Below, in pieces: positions 20,473 to 31,551 of a stretch of DNA of 64,000 nucleotides; the stretch's first letter is position 1; each line of letters opens with the position of its first letter. The stretch comes from an uncultured virus (IMG/VR IMGVR_UViG_3300025313_000005). Taxonomy: Duplodnaviria; Heunggongvirae; Uroviricota; Caudoviricetes. The notes below the pieces were generated by a model, which ran no database searches, was not told where the DNA came from, and worked only from the letters and a program-made list of their open reading frames with translations. Both the position numbers and the translations under genes were made by a program. The DNA is taken from the IMG/VR virus record IMGVR_UViG_3300025313_000005. One strand, written 5' to 3'.

Positions 20473-20767
20473 CTCCTTCCATACCTAGTAATGCCCTTAC
20501 TATATCTAGGGGTATCGCAGCCTCTTGTTTTAAATCAAATTTACCTGAAGCTATTACTGCCTTAAGATTTAATATGGTAATAGTAGAATTACTTATAGTA
20601 TGTCCTGTGTTAAGTATGAGGTCCTTACCATCTAGATGTAAGCCAAAGAGTATCTCATCTACTAACCTAGTGGTGCTTGAGGTATCTAGTTGTATCTTAT
20701 GTAAAAGATAGGGATAGTGAGCTGGTAATATCTTGGTTATTTTTTTGGTTGCTTTATTCAAATGCAT
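20465..20767 (-). CDS. C-terminal-box family protein
   Basis: ends AIPLDIVRALLGMEGGE. Confidence 0.55.
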   Translation of the reverse strand: MHLNKATKKITKILPAHYPYLLHKIQLDTSSTTRLVDEILFGLHLDGKDLILNTGHTISNSTITILNLKAVIASGKFDLKQEAAIPLDIVRALLGMEGGE

Positions 20768-20776
20768 AAGTCTGTT

Positions 20777-20840
20777 AATAATTCTTTAAGCTCTGCAATT
20801 GGTTCTTGTCTAGGTCTTGTCTTACTCATTATTGTCTCCT
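20777..20840. repeat. 64 bp direct repeat of 21480-21543 (RBS plus 5' end of the 21083..21532 gene)
   Basis: identical sequence AATAATTCTTTAAGCTC...ATTATTGTCTCCT at both sites. Confidence 0.9.
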
Positions 20841-21082
20841 TATATTCTCTTGATATAATTGATATCCCTTTCATTAAACCATTCTATCTTTAACTTATCC
20901 TTATTATTTAATTCATCTATAGATAGCTTACGTGTGTCTGTGACCATGTTACTAAGCCAGTCATCCATATCTTTATTAAATTGTTTTTCATTGTTATACT
21001 TAACTTCTATTAAGCGTTCTCTAAATGGGTAATATACAGTCCATGCTTGTTCTATTTCCATCTAATTTCCCCCGTTATATTG

Positions 21083-21532
21083 TTAGTCTGTTAAGGATTC
21101 TTGAAGCATTTCTTTAAAGGTATTTTTTGTTAAATTAACAAATCCTCCTTCGGTCATGTAATTCCACCGATTGTTCATGCAACAAACTGTTCTGGTCATC
21201 CAAGGAATTTCTATGTTGATTGCTCCATCTACACCTGATACCACGCAACCTATAGGTCGAATAGTAATAAAGGTATTGCTTGTTCTTAAACATAGGCATT
21301 GTATTGCATACTCACCTAACTCATTTACTAATATTGTCTTGTTTTCTATAATTATTAATCCCTTACTTACTTCTTCCTTGAGCCATTGTTTAATTTTAGC
21401 CAATAACTCGTTAACATTATTGATATAATTTTCTTTTTCTGCGTGCCAGTTCTTACTGGCTTTGTATTCTTTTGATTGCAATAATTCTTTAAGCTCTGCA
21501 ATTGGTTCTTGTCTAGGTCTTGTCTTACTCAT
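21083..21532 (-). CDS. hypothetical protein
   Basis: AGGAG RBS; 149 aa ORF. Confidence 0.6.
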   Translation of the reverse strand: MSKTRPRQEPIAELKELLQSKEYKASKNWHAEKENYINNVNELLAKIKQWLKEEVSKGLIIIENKTILVNELGEYAIQCLCLRTSNTFITIRPIGCVVSGVDGAINIEIPWMTRTVCCMNNRWNYMTEGGFVNLTKNTFKEMLQESLTD

Positions 21533-21705
21533 TATTGTCTCCTGTATCTAAGATATGCCATGCTCCACAACAACATGGCCCTATTTCTACATCACAAGGT
21601 TCAGTACAAGCATTATACTTCTTTTGCCTATTATTGTCTTTCGTGGTTGCATCTTTATCTTGCATGATTTATACCCCATATTTTTATATATGGATCCTTT
21701 CTAGA

Positions 21706-22584
21706 TCAACTCTTAATGATGCACGAAGTTTCTTCTAATAATCCAGCCATCCTCATGGCTCTTATTAGTCTGGTTAGTCCTATACCACCACCACATCTAG
21801 TAAAGAAAGATGATGACAAAAATTCTTTTAATTCTTTTTCTACCCGCTCCTTACCAAATTGAGAATACAATATCTTAGCATACATACCGTCGCTTATCGT
21901 ATGAAAAAGATAATTCATTTCTTCTGGATCAGAAGATCTCTCGGCAGAACCTATCGTTTCCATACCATATAAAATAACATCAACCTTAGCTGCTTTATCT
22001 CTTCTAATTTTATCTACTACACACATATTCCAAAATGGTGAAGTATACTGTGGAAACAATGTTAAGAAAGCAATTGGTATATGACGTTCTTTATATAACA
22101 ATTCCTCATGTTCTGCTGTTAATATTTTAGTCTTAAATGTTTCTGCAAGTTGCGAGTAGTCATATATGGCCGAGCAATACTCTTGTTGATCTCCGAAACC
22201 TAAATGTTCCAATAACTCTAATTCCAGATTTACCAGATTATTTATATCACCATGTGTTTCGAATTCAAACATGGGGAAAACCAAATCATGTCTACCTGGT
22301 ATGGGATTAGCTTCATTGCGATAGCTTGTACTTATGCAATAGAATCCCGTTTCACTTGGGTTCTTGAGTAACTCATATTCTAGCCACATCTGACCTGTTT
22401 GTGGAAGAGGCCATAGTTCTCCTGCGTAGTTAAATGTAGCTATCGTAGATGGATCTTCACATGCTGCTAGGATGCTTAGTCTGTGTTGTACTGGTGTTTC
22501 TATAAAACCTTTAGCCTGAAAGAATTGCCGTAGTTTAGTTACAACATAATTGTATTCCTTAGGGTTGATTAAATTTATCGTCAT
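21706..22584 (-). CDS. class II aaRS catalytic-domain-only protein (AsnRS-like / asparagine synthetase-like)
   Basis: motif 1 LRQFFQAKGFIET, motif 2 SYRNE...RH...FEFE, motif 3 GGGIGLTRL; no N-terminal anticodon-binding OB domain. Confidence 0.85.
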   Translation of the reverse strand: MTINLINPKEYNYVVTKLRQFFQAKGFIETPVQHRLSILAACEDPSTIATFNYAGELWPLPQTGQMWLEYELLKNPSETGFYCISTSYRNEANPIPGRHDLVFPMFEFETHGDINNLVNLELELLEHLGFGDQQEYCSAIYDYSQLAETFKTKILTAEHEELLYKERHIPIAFLTLFPQYTSPFWNMCVVDKIRRDKAAKVDVILYGMETIGSAERSSDPEEMNYLFHTISDGMYAKILYSQFGKERVEKELKEFLSSSFFTRCGGGIGLTRLIRAMRMAGLLEETSCIIKS

Positions 22585-22889
22585 TACATCTCCTTTGGTA
22601 ATATACTTATTTTAACGCTCTCTCTTCTTTACTGAGATAAATATCTTCTGTCAATTCTTGTATCTTATTTACTTCTAGATTATCTAAATGCTCTTGTATG
22701 TGTTCTTGTATCCATACGTCTTTTTCTGTTTCTGTTTCATAAACAGCAATGGAGGAAAGAATTTCTACACAAGCCCTACTTTGTTTTAATTGATACTCAT
22801 ACGCTTTCTGTAGAGCTTCTTCTTTAGATCCTGCCAATACGATCATATTACAATCATAGTGTATATCGCTTACTGGTATTTTGTATAAT

Positions 22890-23579
22890 TTATTCATTTA
22901 AAACCCCATTCGACTTAAAAGGCTCATAACAAAGTTTAAAGAAATCTTCTCTACATTTAGTTATTTTACCAGTATCACGATCCAAAATAATGTAATCTCC
23001 TAGGAAGACGCACTCTCCTGCACCCAAAGACAATCTCATACCCAAATGCCCTTTTTGTTCTATTAGAATATCACCAAATTTGATTGCTTCGCAAATCCAC
23101 TCAGGGTATTCTTCTTCCCTGCTTGTCCAATGGAACACATCAACTTCTTTTGATCTTATTATATATTTAGATTTCTCATTGCTTTGTTCCTTTAAATGTT
23201 TATCTAGAAATTCCCTTCTATCATTCGCAAGTTCTTCTATGGTTTTAGGAGTATCAATGTCTGCTTCAAATTCTTTTTTCTTATCTTCCCAAAAGTTATC
23301 ATTACATAAATCTTCTATTGTCCATATATCCCCAAAATTATTATAAATATAAGGTGGATAATTTATCCCCATATCATGCAATGCGGTTACCAAAACGCTT
23401 ATTATTTCAAAAAACCAATCTCCATTATAATGTTCTTTACTTCTTTTTAATAATCCTAATAGATTGCCTATCTGATATTCATTAACAGGAATCATTATAA
23501 ATTCAGATGATCCACTAAAATCTTTTTCTGATGTAGTTTGTTTATGAATTAATGCTCTCCAATTTGATATATCAGTCAT
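22890..23579 (-). CDS. hypothetical protein
   Basis: 229 aa; C-terminal V..FHW...PEW...GDYII...F...YE phage domain. Confidence 0.55.
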   Translation of the reverse strand: MTDISNWRALIHKQTTSEKDFSGSSEFIMIPVNEYQIGNLLGLLKRSKEHYNGDWFFEIISVLVTALHDMGINYPPYIYNNFGDIWTIEDLCNDNFWEDKKKEFEADIDTPKTIEELANDRREFLDKHLKEQSNEKSKYIIRSKEVDVFHWTSREEEYPEWICEAIKFGDILIEQKGHLGMRLSLGAGECVFLGDYIILDRDTGKITKCREDFFKLCYEPFKSNGVLNE

Positions 23580-24104
23580 TTACCCACCTCCATTAGTTTT
23601 TATAATTTTTAATCGAAACTAATATCTTTATCTTGTAAATTACAAATTCGCCAGCCATTTACGTAGGGAAGCGCTATATCTTGCCGCTCTTATATAATTA
23701 CCCAATATGGCTTTGTAAGTATAAATATAACACGGTATTCCACTGGTTAATTGACCCAGGCTCTCACAGAGGGTGTCCCAAGTATAATATGCAAGACCGT
23801 GGATGTATAGTAATCTATCCAAAAATTCAATAGGAAAATAAGTTCCATAACTACTACGTCTTTGTCCACATAACACATAGCTTTCTGGACATGAGTACCA
23901 TAAATAAAAATCCCATAGAGATCGGTAGATTTTCAATTCTGCAATCTCACCAGGGTCTAATGTTCCATACATACCTATACCAGGTCGTGATATCTCGAAG
24001 GACAATATTTCGGCTTGTGTAACATCTTGCTTCCAGTTCTCTAGGGTTTCTTTGTTGATGCCCTCTGTTAGTCTCATGTAGTTATTATGGATATAATTAT
24101 TCAT

Positions 24105-24524
24105 TTATCTCTCTTCTTGTAATGATTCCTTATAAGGAATCCACTTGCCGTTCATTCTAGATTCAATAACCAGAGAATCTGGTTGTATTTGATCTTCAAC
24201 TATCTTTTCTATATCTACGTATTTACCTAGTCTTTTAGATATTTCAATTTTATGCCATATTTTAAATTTTACTGTTTCAACTACCCTTTTAAACGCTTCT
24301 TTTTTATTCTGTAACTGATTTTTATGTTCTCTGCTTTCAGCTACAGCTCCTGAGGGGTGGTGGATTAATCTAACAGCACTCTCTGTTTTGTTTTGGTGTT
24401 GTCCCCCCTTGCCGCCTGCTTTAAAAGTTTGTATTTCAAAATCATCTATTGTAATTGAAAACAGTAATTGTTTATTTATATTCTTTTGTCCTTCTTCACC
24501 AACTTTAAACTTATTCATTCTCAA
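24105..24524 (-). CDS. peptide chain release factor-like (ArfB/PrfH-type GGQ) peptidyl-tRNA hydrolase
   Basis: FKAGGKGGQHQNKTESAVRLIHHPSG...QLQNKKEA; only 139 aa, so no codon-recognition domains. Confidence 0.88.
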   Translation of the reverse strand: MRMNKFKVGEEGQKNINKQLLFSITIDDFEIQTFKAGGKGGQHQNKTESAVRLIHHPSGAVAESREHKNQLQNKKEAFKRVVETVKFKIWHKIEISKRLGKYVDIEKIVEDQIQPDSLVIESRMNGKWIPYKESLQEER

Positions 24525-24978
24525 GGGCTTTCTTACTTAAATTTTCTATATTAATTCTAGCAGCTTTTAGTTTCCGTTCAATACAATCTTTTAATTGATT
24601 CCATTCTTTATATTCTGGATTATATGTTGTATCGCCATCATCTGAGAGTGCACTACGGTTTACATCAATAAAATTTAAAGTATACTGCAAAATCCGTTTT
24701 CTTATATAGTAATCGATTTCTTTCATAATTGCCTCCATTCAACTAAACTACATGCTACCTATGTCAACCAAGGAAATATATTCATATCTAATGGAGAAGC
24801 ATCCCTTAATCTATCTATTTCTTTTAGTAGTATTCCTACGTCTTGGACATATAAGAATCGCTCATGTGGTATTGTATCCTCGTCTTCTGCTAAACCACTA
24901 TGTTTCAGGTACTTACTCAATACCCTACACTGTTCTTTAATTCTATTTAATTCTTCTTCTGGTAGTTGAGATTTCATA

Positions 24979-25935
24979 TTAAGCCCTCTCTAGATATTTA
25001 TTACTAACTACTTTTAATATAACTCTACCTATAGCATCATCCTGTCGATTGACGACAGGTTTAATTACAATACCTTCTCGTATGTGATTGGCTTTAGGTA
25101 TACAACTATCTCCATCTGCATATTGTATTAATGTGGGGTGATAATGCCCAACATATAGTGTTGGTACTAGTTTATTGAAATCCAATCCAATCCGAAATAG
25201 TTCATCGAAATCTAACCACCTACCTCTATGGAGCACATCAAATACTCTAAAACTATACTGTCCTTTACCGTGACCGTATTTTAAATCCTGCACATAGCCA
25301 AATACTTCACCATATAAGGCATACCCTTCATGTGCTCTACACCATTCTTCTATCCATGTATTTTGCTTAAGGGCTCCTGCCCAAATATTACCATCGCCCT
25401 TTTTCCATTCATTGCGCGATCCAATATACATATCATTATCTTGGAACACATACCTTGCCGAAGATCCATGTAGTTTCTCTGTTATCCATACTTCATCTTC
25501 TTTTTGGAAGATAGTAGGATAACGATAGTATGTATCTATATCGTATTTGTAATATATGCCGTCTGGTGTGGGTCCAATTTCTCCGCCTGTGCTTAAGTTT
25601 TCAAGTGGTGGTTCGTACCTAGTCACTCCATAATATTCTGCTACATCATCACCTACCTGAGCTCCAAGAGGAGCAGGCATAAGAAGACCCATAGATACCA
25701 CACCACGCAGTTTCTTAACTTTAATACGAGGATTAGTTAAGAAAGAAAACTCGGGACGTGTAATATCAACAACACTGTCAGGCACTATATACGCTCCAAT
25801 ATTGATTCCTTCCCATTGCTCAGTCTTAACTACAATTGTATAGCCAAAAATACGTACTATAGATAGACTATCAGCGTTTGGATGTGGCTCCAATGTAATA
25901 GACACTACTTCAACCTTATGAGTGGACTTATTCAT
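24979..25935 (-). CDS. ATP-dependent RNA ligase (DRB0094/Rnl2-like)
   Basis: N-terminal HPNADSL OB domain; TEKLHGS, YGEVFG, FDV, EGIVIK and LKVVS ligase motifs. Confidence 0.9.
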   Translation of the reverse strand: MNKSTHKVEVVSITLEPHPNADSLSIVRIFGYTIVVKTEQWEGINIGAYIVPDSVVDITRPEFSFLTNPRIKVKKLRGVVSMGLLMPAPLGAQVGDDVAEYYGVTRYEPPLENLSTGGEIGPTPDGIYYKYDIDTYYRYPTIFQKEDEVWITEKLHGSSARYVFQDNDMYIGSRNEWKKGDGNIWAGALKQNTWIEEWCRAHEGYALYGEVFGYVQDLKYGHGKGQYSFRVFDVLHRGRWLDFDELFRIGLDFNKLVPTLYVGHYHPTLIQYADGDSCIPKANHIREGIVIKPVVNRQDDAIGRVILKVVSNKYLERA

Positions 25936-25967
25936 TTTCTAAATTAGGGATTATTTGTATTGTCATT

Positions 25968-26570
25968 TTAAGAATACCTCCTCTCTATTAAATTTAAACC
26001 AAAATCTAATATTTTTTTACCTGTTGCCTTTGCAACATTAGAAGCATTAATAGCAAAACCAGACTTAGTAGCAGTATAGTAAGCAGTATAAGCAACGTTA
26101 GCAGCGTTAGCAGCAGCAGTAGCAACAGCATTAGCATCAGTAACAGTATTATTATTATTAGCTTCAATATAAGCAGCATAAGCATCATTAGCTTCAATAT
26201 AAGCAGCATTAACAGCATTAGCAGCATTAGTGGTGAAGACAACTTTAGTAGCATCAGCAATATAAGCAATATAAGCAGTATTAGCTGCAGCAATAACAGA
26301 CTTAGCAGCTTCTATCGCTAGGTGTGGCTTATCACTATCTGTACACTTTTCAAAAATCGGTAATACTAATTTTGCAGCATACATTGCATATTCCACTAAT
26401 TCCTTCTCTTTTAAAATTTTTGTCAGGAGCAAATTACCCAAATCGAATTTATTATTATGTATGTAGAATTGAATCAAAGTCTTCAATTCTATCTTTCTTA
26501 ATCCGTCGCACGTGGCTACGTCACCTTCGCAGGCATTGTTTTTTACTAAAAATTCTCTAGTTATCTTCAT
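25968..26570 (-). CDS. Imm5-like protein with an Ala-rich low-complexity region
   Basis: YAAKLVLPIFE...DKPHLAIEAAK followed by Ala/Asn/Tyr repeats. Confidence 0.6.
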   Translation of the reverse strand: MKITREFLVKNNACEGDVATCDGLRKIELKTLIQFYIHNNKFDLGNLLLTKILKEKELVEYAMYAAKLVLPIFEKCTDSDKPHLAIEAAKSVIAAANTAYIAYIADATKVVFTTNAANAVNAAYIEANDAYAAYIEANNNNTVTDANAVATAAANAANVAYTAYYTATKSGFAINASNVAKATGKKILDFGLNLIERRYS

Positions 26571-27701
26571 TTTTACACCCTCCTTTTATCCCCTCTTCAT
26601 GTACTATTAACTATAATGCTTCTCTATGTATTGTTTCAGTTTGCATACACTTATTATCATTATTATGATTAGTGACCACAGTACTAGGTGCGGGCAAATG
26701 ATCAATCCGAGTATAATACCTCCTGCTCCTAACATAAATGTCCTTAGCCCCTTCTTAAGAGACTTATCTTCACCTGCTATCTTCAGTAGCAACCAACCTA
26801 TAAAAACAAAAAGAGCAAGCGCTTCCCATATCATTTTATTTACCTCCCTTTAGCTTGAAGATACATAAAACAATCTTCACGAGTATAATTTAGTATTTTT
26901 ATTTTATCTTGCGATATTTACACCTCAATGTACAAAGAATATCACTAAACAACACTATACATGTTATACCAAGATGTGTAATTGTCAACCATAGCAATGT
27001 CTTCATAGTAACACCATCTATTATTGTTTGTGTGGTAATAAACACCCCTATACCAAATAAAACAAGTGAACCAAAAAATAACCCCAAAAATATTAAGTGT
27101 AGTAATATCATCTACCCACATCCCATTCTTTGTAATATCAAATTGGCAGCCACATAGGGATAAGAGAAGGGAAAGTTTTTATTATTACTCCAATTATTAT
27201 AATAGATTAGACATTCTATACCCATTAAAATGGGTAATATATAGGGTAGGTTTGTCTCTGAAATATACATTACTTATACCTCCTTCGAAAACAGGTCTCT
27301 ATGTTTAGTATCAGTAAATATCTCCCATTCGAACGGGTTACCAATGATTTAAGTCTGGATACAAATTCTTCAAACAGTAGTACTTGAGGCAGCACGCTGG
27401 GCTTATCCTAAGCTTCATTCTCAAATACTCATCCCCATAATGACAATCCCTGCAAATGCGACGGCCGTTAATGATGGGTATAGTATACTGTAAAACGATA
27501 TTTGAAGCCCTTATAGTCCATATGTGTGGATCAAGTGTTTTAAGGGGGCGGTGATGTAGATGATCTCTAGTAGACAAATACATAACATTCATTGCTAAGA
27601 TCATTTGTAATATAAGATTATTCCTAGGTCCTAAACTTATCGTGTGCATATATCTCCCTCCAACTACCTAACCACTCCATAAGGCTAAGCCACAATGTGG
27701 C

Positions 27702-29996
27702 TTAGCCGCACTTACTATACATACATTCATCATTCTTACATACCTTACAGCCAGCTTCGACTACAAAGGTCATCTGCTTACACTTTGGACATTTCTGGCC
27801 TAGAACAACTTCTTTAGTATCTACTGTAGCTGTAGGTATTAAATTAATTATAGTACCACTAAAGTGTCTTAAGCCCTCTCTGAAGGCTGCTGCTAACGCT
27901 TCACCTAGTGAGGCATAGCGATGTCGTAAGAATGTAGTAATACCTCGTGTTGATTGACCTTGTTCTAATTGTTTAGCAAAGGCTTCCATCTCATCAGGAT
28001 CTAGTCTACGTAGGGCCATTGTACCTAAGCGCCCTATTATTGCACAGAAGTCTGCTTCTGTTGGATGGCTTGAGCTCAAGAAGAGCTCATCTGTTTGTCC
28101 AGATTCGTTGGGAAACATCTGAAGGTAATAAGTAATTTTCTCTCCCTCTTTGCCAAACATCTGGATCTTAGCACGGTAACCTCCAGTAAGTATATCGGGA
28201 GATATAAGCTTACTTCTCTTAACTGTGGTTGGTTTCGTTACTATGCCTGTTGATAGTACCGCAGAAGTCCTGCTTTTATCTCTGTAGATCGTAATTCCTT
28301 TACAGTCGAGCTCCCACGCTAGCTGATATGCCTTTAGCACATCTTCTATAGTGGCTGTCTCTGCAAGATTAATTGTTTTAGATATGCTAGATGTTACACC
28401 GTTATTCTGAAACGCTGCCTGCATACGTATGTGTGCTTCAGCAGATAGTATCTTATCAGGATACTTCTCTGACACAGCACACCTAAAGCACTTCTCATCA
28501 GCACTAGGATGTGTGGTGTGATAGGTGCCTGTTTTATCGGTACGTGTTATAGAATCACTGTAGCATGGCTCTACACCGCTAGAACAATTAGCCAGGAGAC
28601 TTATGCTTCCTGTTGGTGCTATACTGGTTATACAAGTATTGCGTCGTATATTTTCTAGGGCACCTTTGCCAGTTAGATTAAGCATTCCCTTTTCATTAGC
28701 TAAGCTTACAGAAACTTCATTAGTTTTATCATGGATAAATGACATTACTTGTTTAGCTAACCTATAACTATTTTGAGAGCCATAAGCCATCTTCATATTA
28801 ATAAGCATATCAGCCCATCCCATAACACCAAGGCCGATAGGACGGTTTCGAGAAGCCCAGTCTTCTATCTTAGGCGTAGGAAACTGGTTCATATCTATTA
28901 CATTATCCAGAAACCTAGTTGCTATGTTGATCCTATCTGCTAGTAGATCCCAGTTTACCTTACCATTACTAGTAACAAATTTAGTTAAGTTTAAACTTCC
29001 TAAATTACATGAGCCATAAGGTGGAAGTTGCTGCTCACCGCATGGATTACTTGATTGTATTTCTTCTGTATAAGACTTGTCTTCGCTATTGACCTTGTTA
29101 TAAAACATTAAACCTGGGTCTCCCCATGTCCATGCGTTCTTAGCTATCTCTTTAAATACTTCTTTAGCAGATAGTGTTTTGTAAATTTTACCATCAAAAG
29201 TTAGATTATAGTCCTTATTATCATGTACGGCTTCCATGAATTCATCTGTTACCATAATGGAGATATTAAAGTTATGCAAAAAATCTTCTATTAATTTCTG
29301 AACCTGAGAAGGAATGCCTTCATCTAACATATTCTTAGCTTCATCATCGGTAATATTAAAGGTATACTGAAGAGCAGCTAATGGTGTTTTACAACGTATG
29401 CACTCTAGTATATCTGGATGATCTACTCTCATCGTAGCCATACATGCCATATCTCTGAAGCCTGACTGTGTCATAGCTATCATATCAGATGATATTGTTC
29501 TCAAGAATGCAATGGGTCCACCTGCCTGAGCGTGCGTTGACCCCGCTACATAGTTGCCTTTTGGACGGAGGTTTGATAGGGTTGTCCCACAACCACCTCC
29601 TTTTTGGGCTATCTTCATGAAGGACTTTTTAGTCTCAGCTATACCGTCTATACTGTCTTCTAGAGGTACTACAAAGCACGCAAGCAGTCCACCTATATTA
29701 GTACCAGCATTAACTAAGCATGGACTGTTGGGTAGAAACCATAGATCGTGAATAAGATCGTAGAATTGTTGAGCCCAATATGTTTGGAGTTCAAGAGTAA
29801 TTTCTGCTCTTGCTATATGATTGGCTACGCGATGACAAAGATCTTCCCAGGTTTCCTGAGTACCATCTTCTTTGGTTTTAAAATAACGTTTAGTAAGTAT
29901 TTGTTGAGCGATGGGGGTTAAAGATATTAAAGATGGGGACATAGTCCCTGTTGTTGTATGCATGCCAGCATCTCCTTTTAGATAGAACAAGGGCAT
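27702..29996 (-). CDS. nrdJ: ribonucleotide reductase, probably class II (B12-dependent)
   Basis: FLPNSP, LACFV, GGGCG, NPCGEQ, CNLGSLNL, IAPTGSIS and a C-terminal zinc ribbon; no beta subunit in the window. Confidence 0.9.
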   Translation of the reverse strand: MPLFYLKGDAGMHTTTGTMSPSLISLTPIAQQILTKRYFKTKEDGTQETWEDLCHRVANHIARAEITLELQTYWAQQFYDLIHDLWFLPNSPCLVNAGTNIGGLLACFVVPLEDSIDGIAETKKSFMKIAQKGGGCGTTLSNLRPKGNYVAGSTHAQAGGPIAFLRTISSDMIAMTQSGFRDMACMATMRVDHPDILECIRCKTPLAALQYTFNITDDEAKNMLDEGIPSQVQKLIEDFLHNFNISIMVTDEFMEAVHDNKDYNLTFDGKIYKTLSAKEVFKEIAKNAWTWGDPGLMFYNKVNSEDKSYTEEIQSSNPCGEQQLPPYGSCNLGSLNLTKFVTSNGKVNWDLLADRINIATRFLDNVIDMNQFPTPKIEDWASRNRPIGLGVMGWADMLINMKMAYGSQNSYRLAKQVMSFIHDKTNEVSVSLANEKGMLNLTGKGALENIRRNTCITSIAPTGSISLLANCSSGVEPCYSDSITRTDKTGTYHTTHPSADEKCFRCAVSEKYPDKILSAEAHIRMQAAFQNNGVTSSISKTINLAETATIEDVLKAYQLAWELDCKGITIYRDKSRTSAVLSTGIVTKPTTVKRSKLISPDILTGGYRAKIQMFGKEGEKITYYLQMFPNESGQTDELFLSSSHPTEADFCAIIGRLGTMALRRLDPDEMEAFAKQLEQGQSTRGITTFLRHRYASLGEALAAAFREGLRHFSGTIINLIPTATVDTKEVVLGQKCPKCKQMTFVVEAGCKVCKNDECMYSKCG

Positions 29997-30017
29997 GGAT
30001 AACCGCCCTCTATTGTT

Positions 30018-30045
30018 ATTATACTGCTTTAGGAGAAGCTGTCAA
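30018..30045 (-). promoter_or_regulatory. sigma70-type promoter upstream of the RNR gene
   Basis: TTGACA-N16-TATAAT on the minus strand. Confidence 0.7.
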
Positions 30046-30083
30046 GATCTTAAAATGATAGGTATTTAGGCTTATTTACTAGC

Positions 30084-30491
30084 TTAAATATGCTTAGGTG
30101 TTCTCTTAGCCTTTAGTTTCTTGGTATTAAAAGCTACTATATATGGAAAATGATTATCGTGGTAATACATTATGGCCCCTTCAACTATAATTAAATCTCC
30201 AACTTTTAATTCATTTTCTATAAGTAATGTTTCTGGTATGGCTGATATAGTTAGGGTATCTAATCCATCATCTATAACTATATGATATACATCATGATAG
30301 TTATCGTGTGGTTCTGAACCTATGAAGTCTTTAAGTTCAGGTAGTTTACCTATAAATACTATATCCCCACCAACTTTAACTACGTCATGCTGACTATACT
30401 GTGGTAGTTGCACGCTGTAAACTATTTTACCTTTGAGCTCTTCATGGAACATAGGTTTAAAGCTCCGTCTCTGCATTATATCTTTTACCAA
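30084..30491 (-). CDS. stand-alone OB-fold protein
   Basis: VKVGGDI...IVIDDG...LKVGDLIIVEGAI resembles DnaE-type OB folds. Confidence 0.5.
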   Translation of the reverse strand: MVKDIMQRRSFKPMFHEELKGKIVYSVQLPQYSQHDVVKVGGDIVFIGKLPELKDFIGSEPHDNYHDVYHIVIDDGLDTLTISAIPETLLIENELKVGDLIIVEGAIMYYHDNHFPYIVAFNTKKLKAKRTPKHI

Positions 30492-31518
30492 TTTACATAC
30501 CTTATTAATTTATGTATTAATCTTAATGGTCCATATCGCAACCATTTTAATGATGACAACGGGGTAAAACTTAGGGCAAACGGCAGAATAGTTACTACAC
30601 CTTTGGCTATAGTAGTTAGCCAGTTCCTCCTTCTATTTTTAATAGCCGAGACCCTGGTTCTCCTTGCTCTCAACCTGCGTTTGTTTAGAAGCGCTGGAAT
30701 CTCTACGTGCTTAATATATTTCATATGAATTATCTACTTGCTTAATTGTTTTTATTTCATATAAAGAAGATAGTATTTTCATCTTATCTATGGATTCGCT
30801 GGCTACATCCATAACATCTATATATTGATATATTATCTGAGCTACCTTAAGCAATCCATACTCAATATCATTCATGGAAATATCAATATCTCCCTTCTCA
30901 TTATAGAAAATATTACGATATAATCCTTGTATGTTGATTTTAAAAACATTAGAGCCATCTCTAAGGATAAGGTGTTTCCCTTTAGATTTCATCGATGCTT
31001 CATCTATTTTATAGCTGTGTTCCTTCAGAAGACGTAGGATCTCTACTTCTATGGAGGGCATGTATAGGTCTAACATAGCTTGATGCTTCATATTATCTCC
31101 TATGTCTTTGTAATATTTAGTAAAGCTCACATACTTGATAAGGAACAGCTTGTTTTTTGTTGTATAAACAGCCATTTATACCATAATTAAACATCATTTT
31201 CTCATCTAGAGTATGATACCTTATAAAACTAGGGTATATCCTTACTTCCTGTATAAGATCAAGATGTGGAGATCTAATATAAATAGTTTTCTCGGCTATA
31301 GTAATCATTGATCTTATCATATATGTATCCAATTTTTATTAAATAATCCACAGCTCCTTGATATGTATTAAAATTAGGAGGATATATACTTGGGTTAATA
31401 TCCCAAGTTAAGGAATTGCTGTAGCTATAATAAGATCGATCAACCACGGCAAGTGTTTCGTCTATGACAGGATAAAGTCTTACTATTTTAGTTGTGTGTA
31501 CCATACCCCTCCTTATAT

Positions 31519-31551
31519 AAAAGAAGAAGGGGCTCTTCCGTCGCCCCTTCT
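31519..31551 (-). terminator. intrinsic terminator
   Basis: AGAAGGGGC...GCCCCTTCT stem followed by TCTTTT on the minus strand. Confidence 0.65.

Noticed and set aside
26006..26293. Leu/Met-rich 95 aa ORF
   Set aside because: Alternative-frame reading of the GCT-rich tract in 25968..26570
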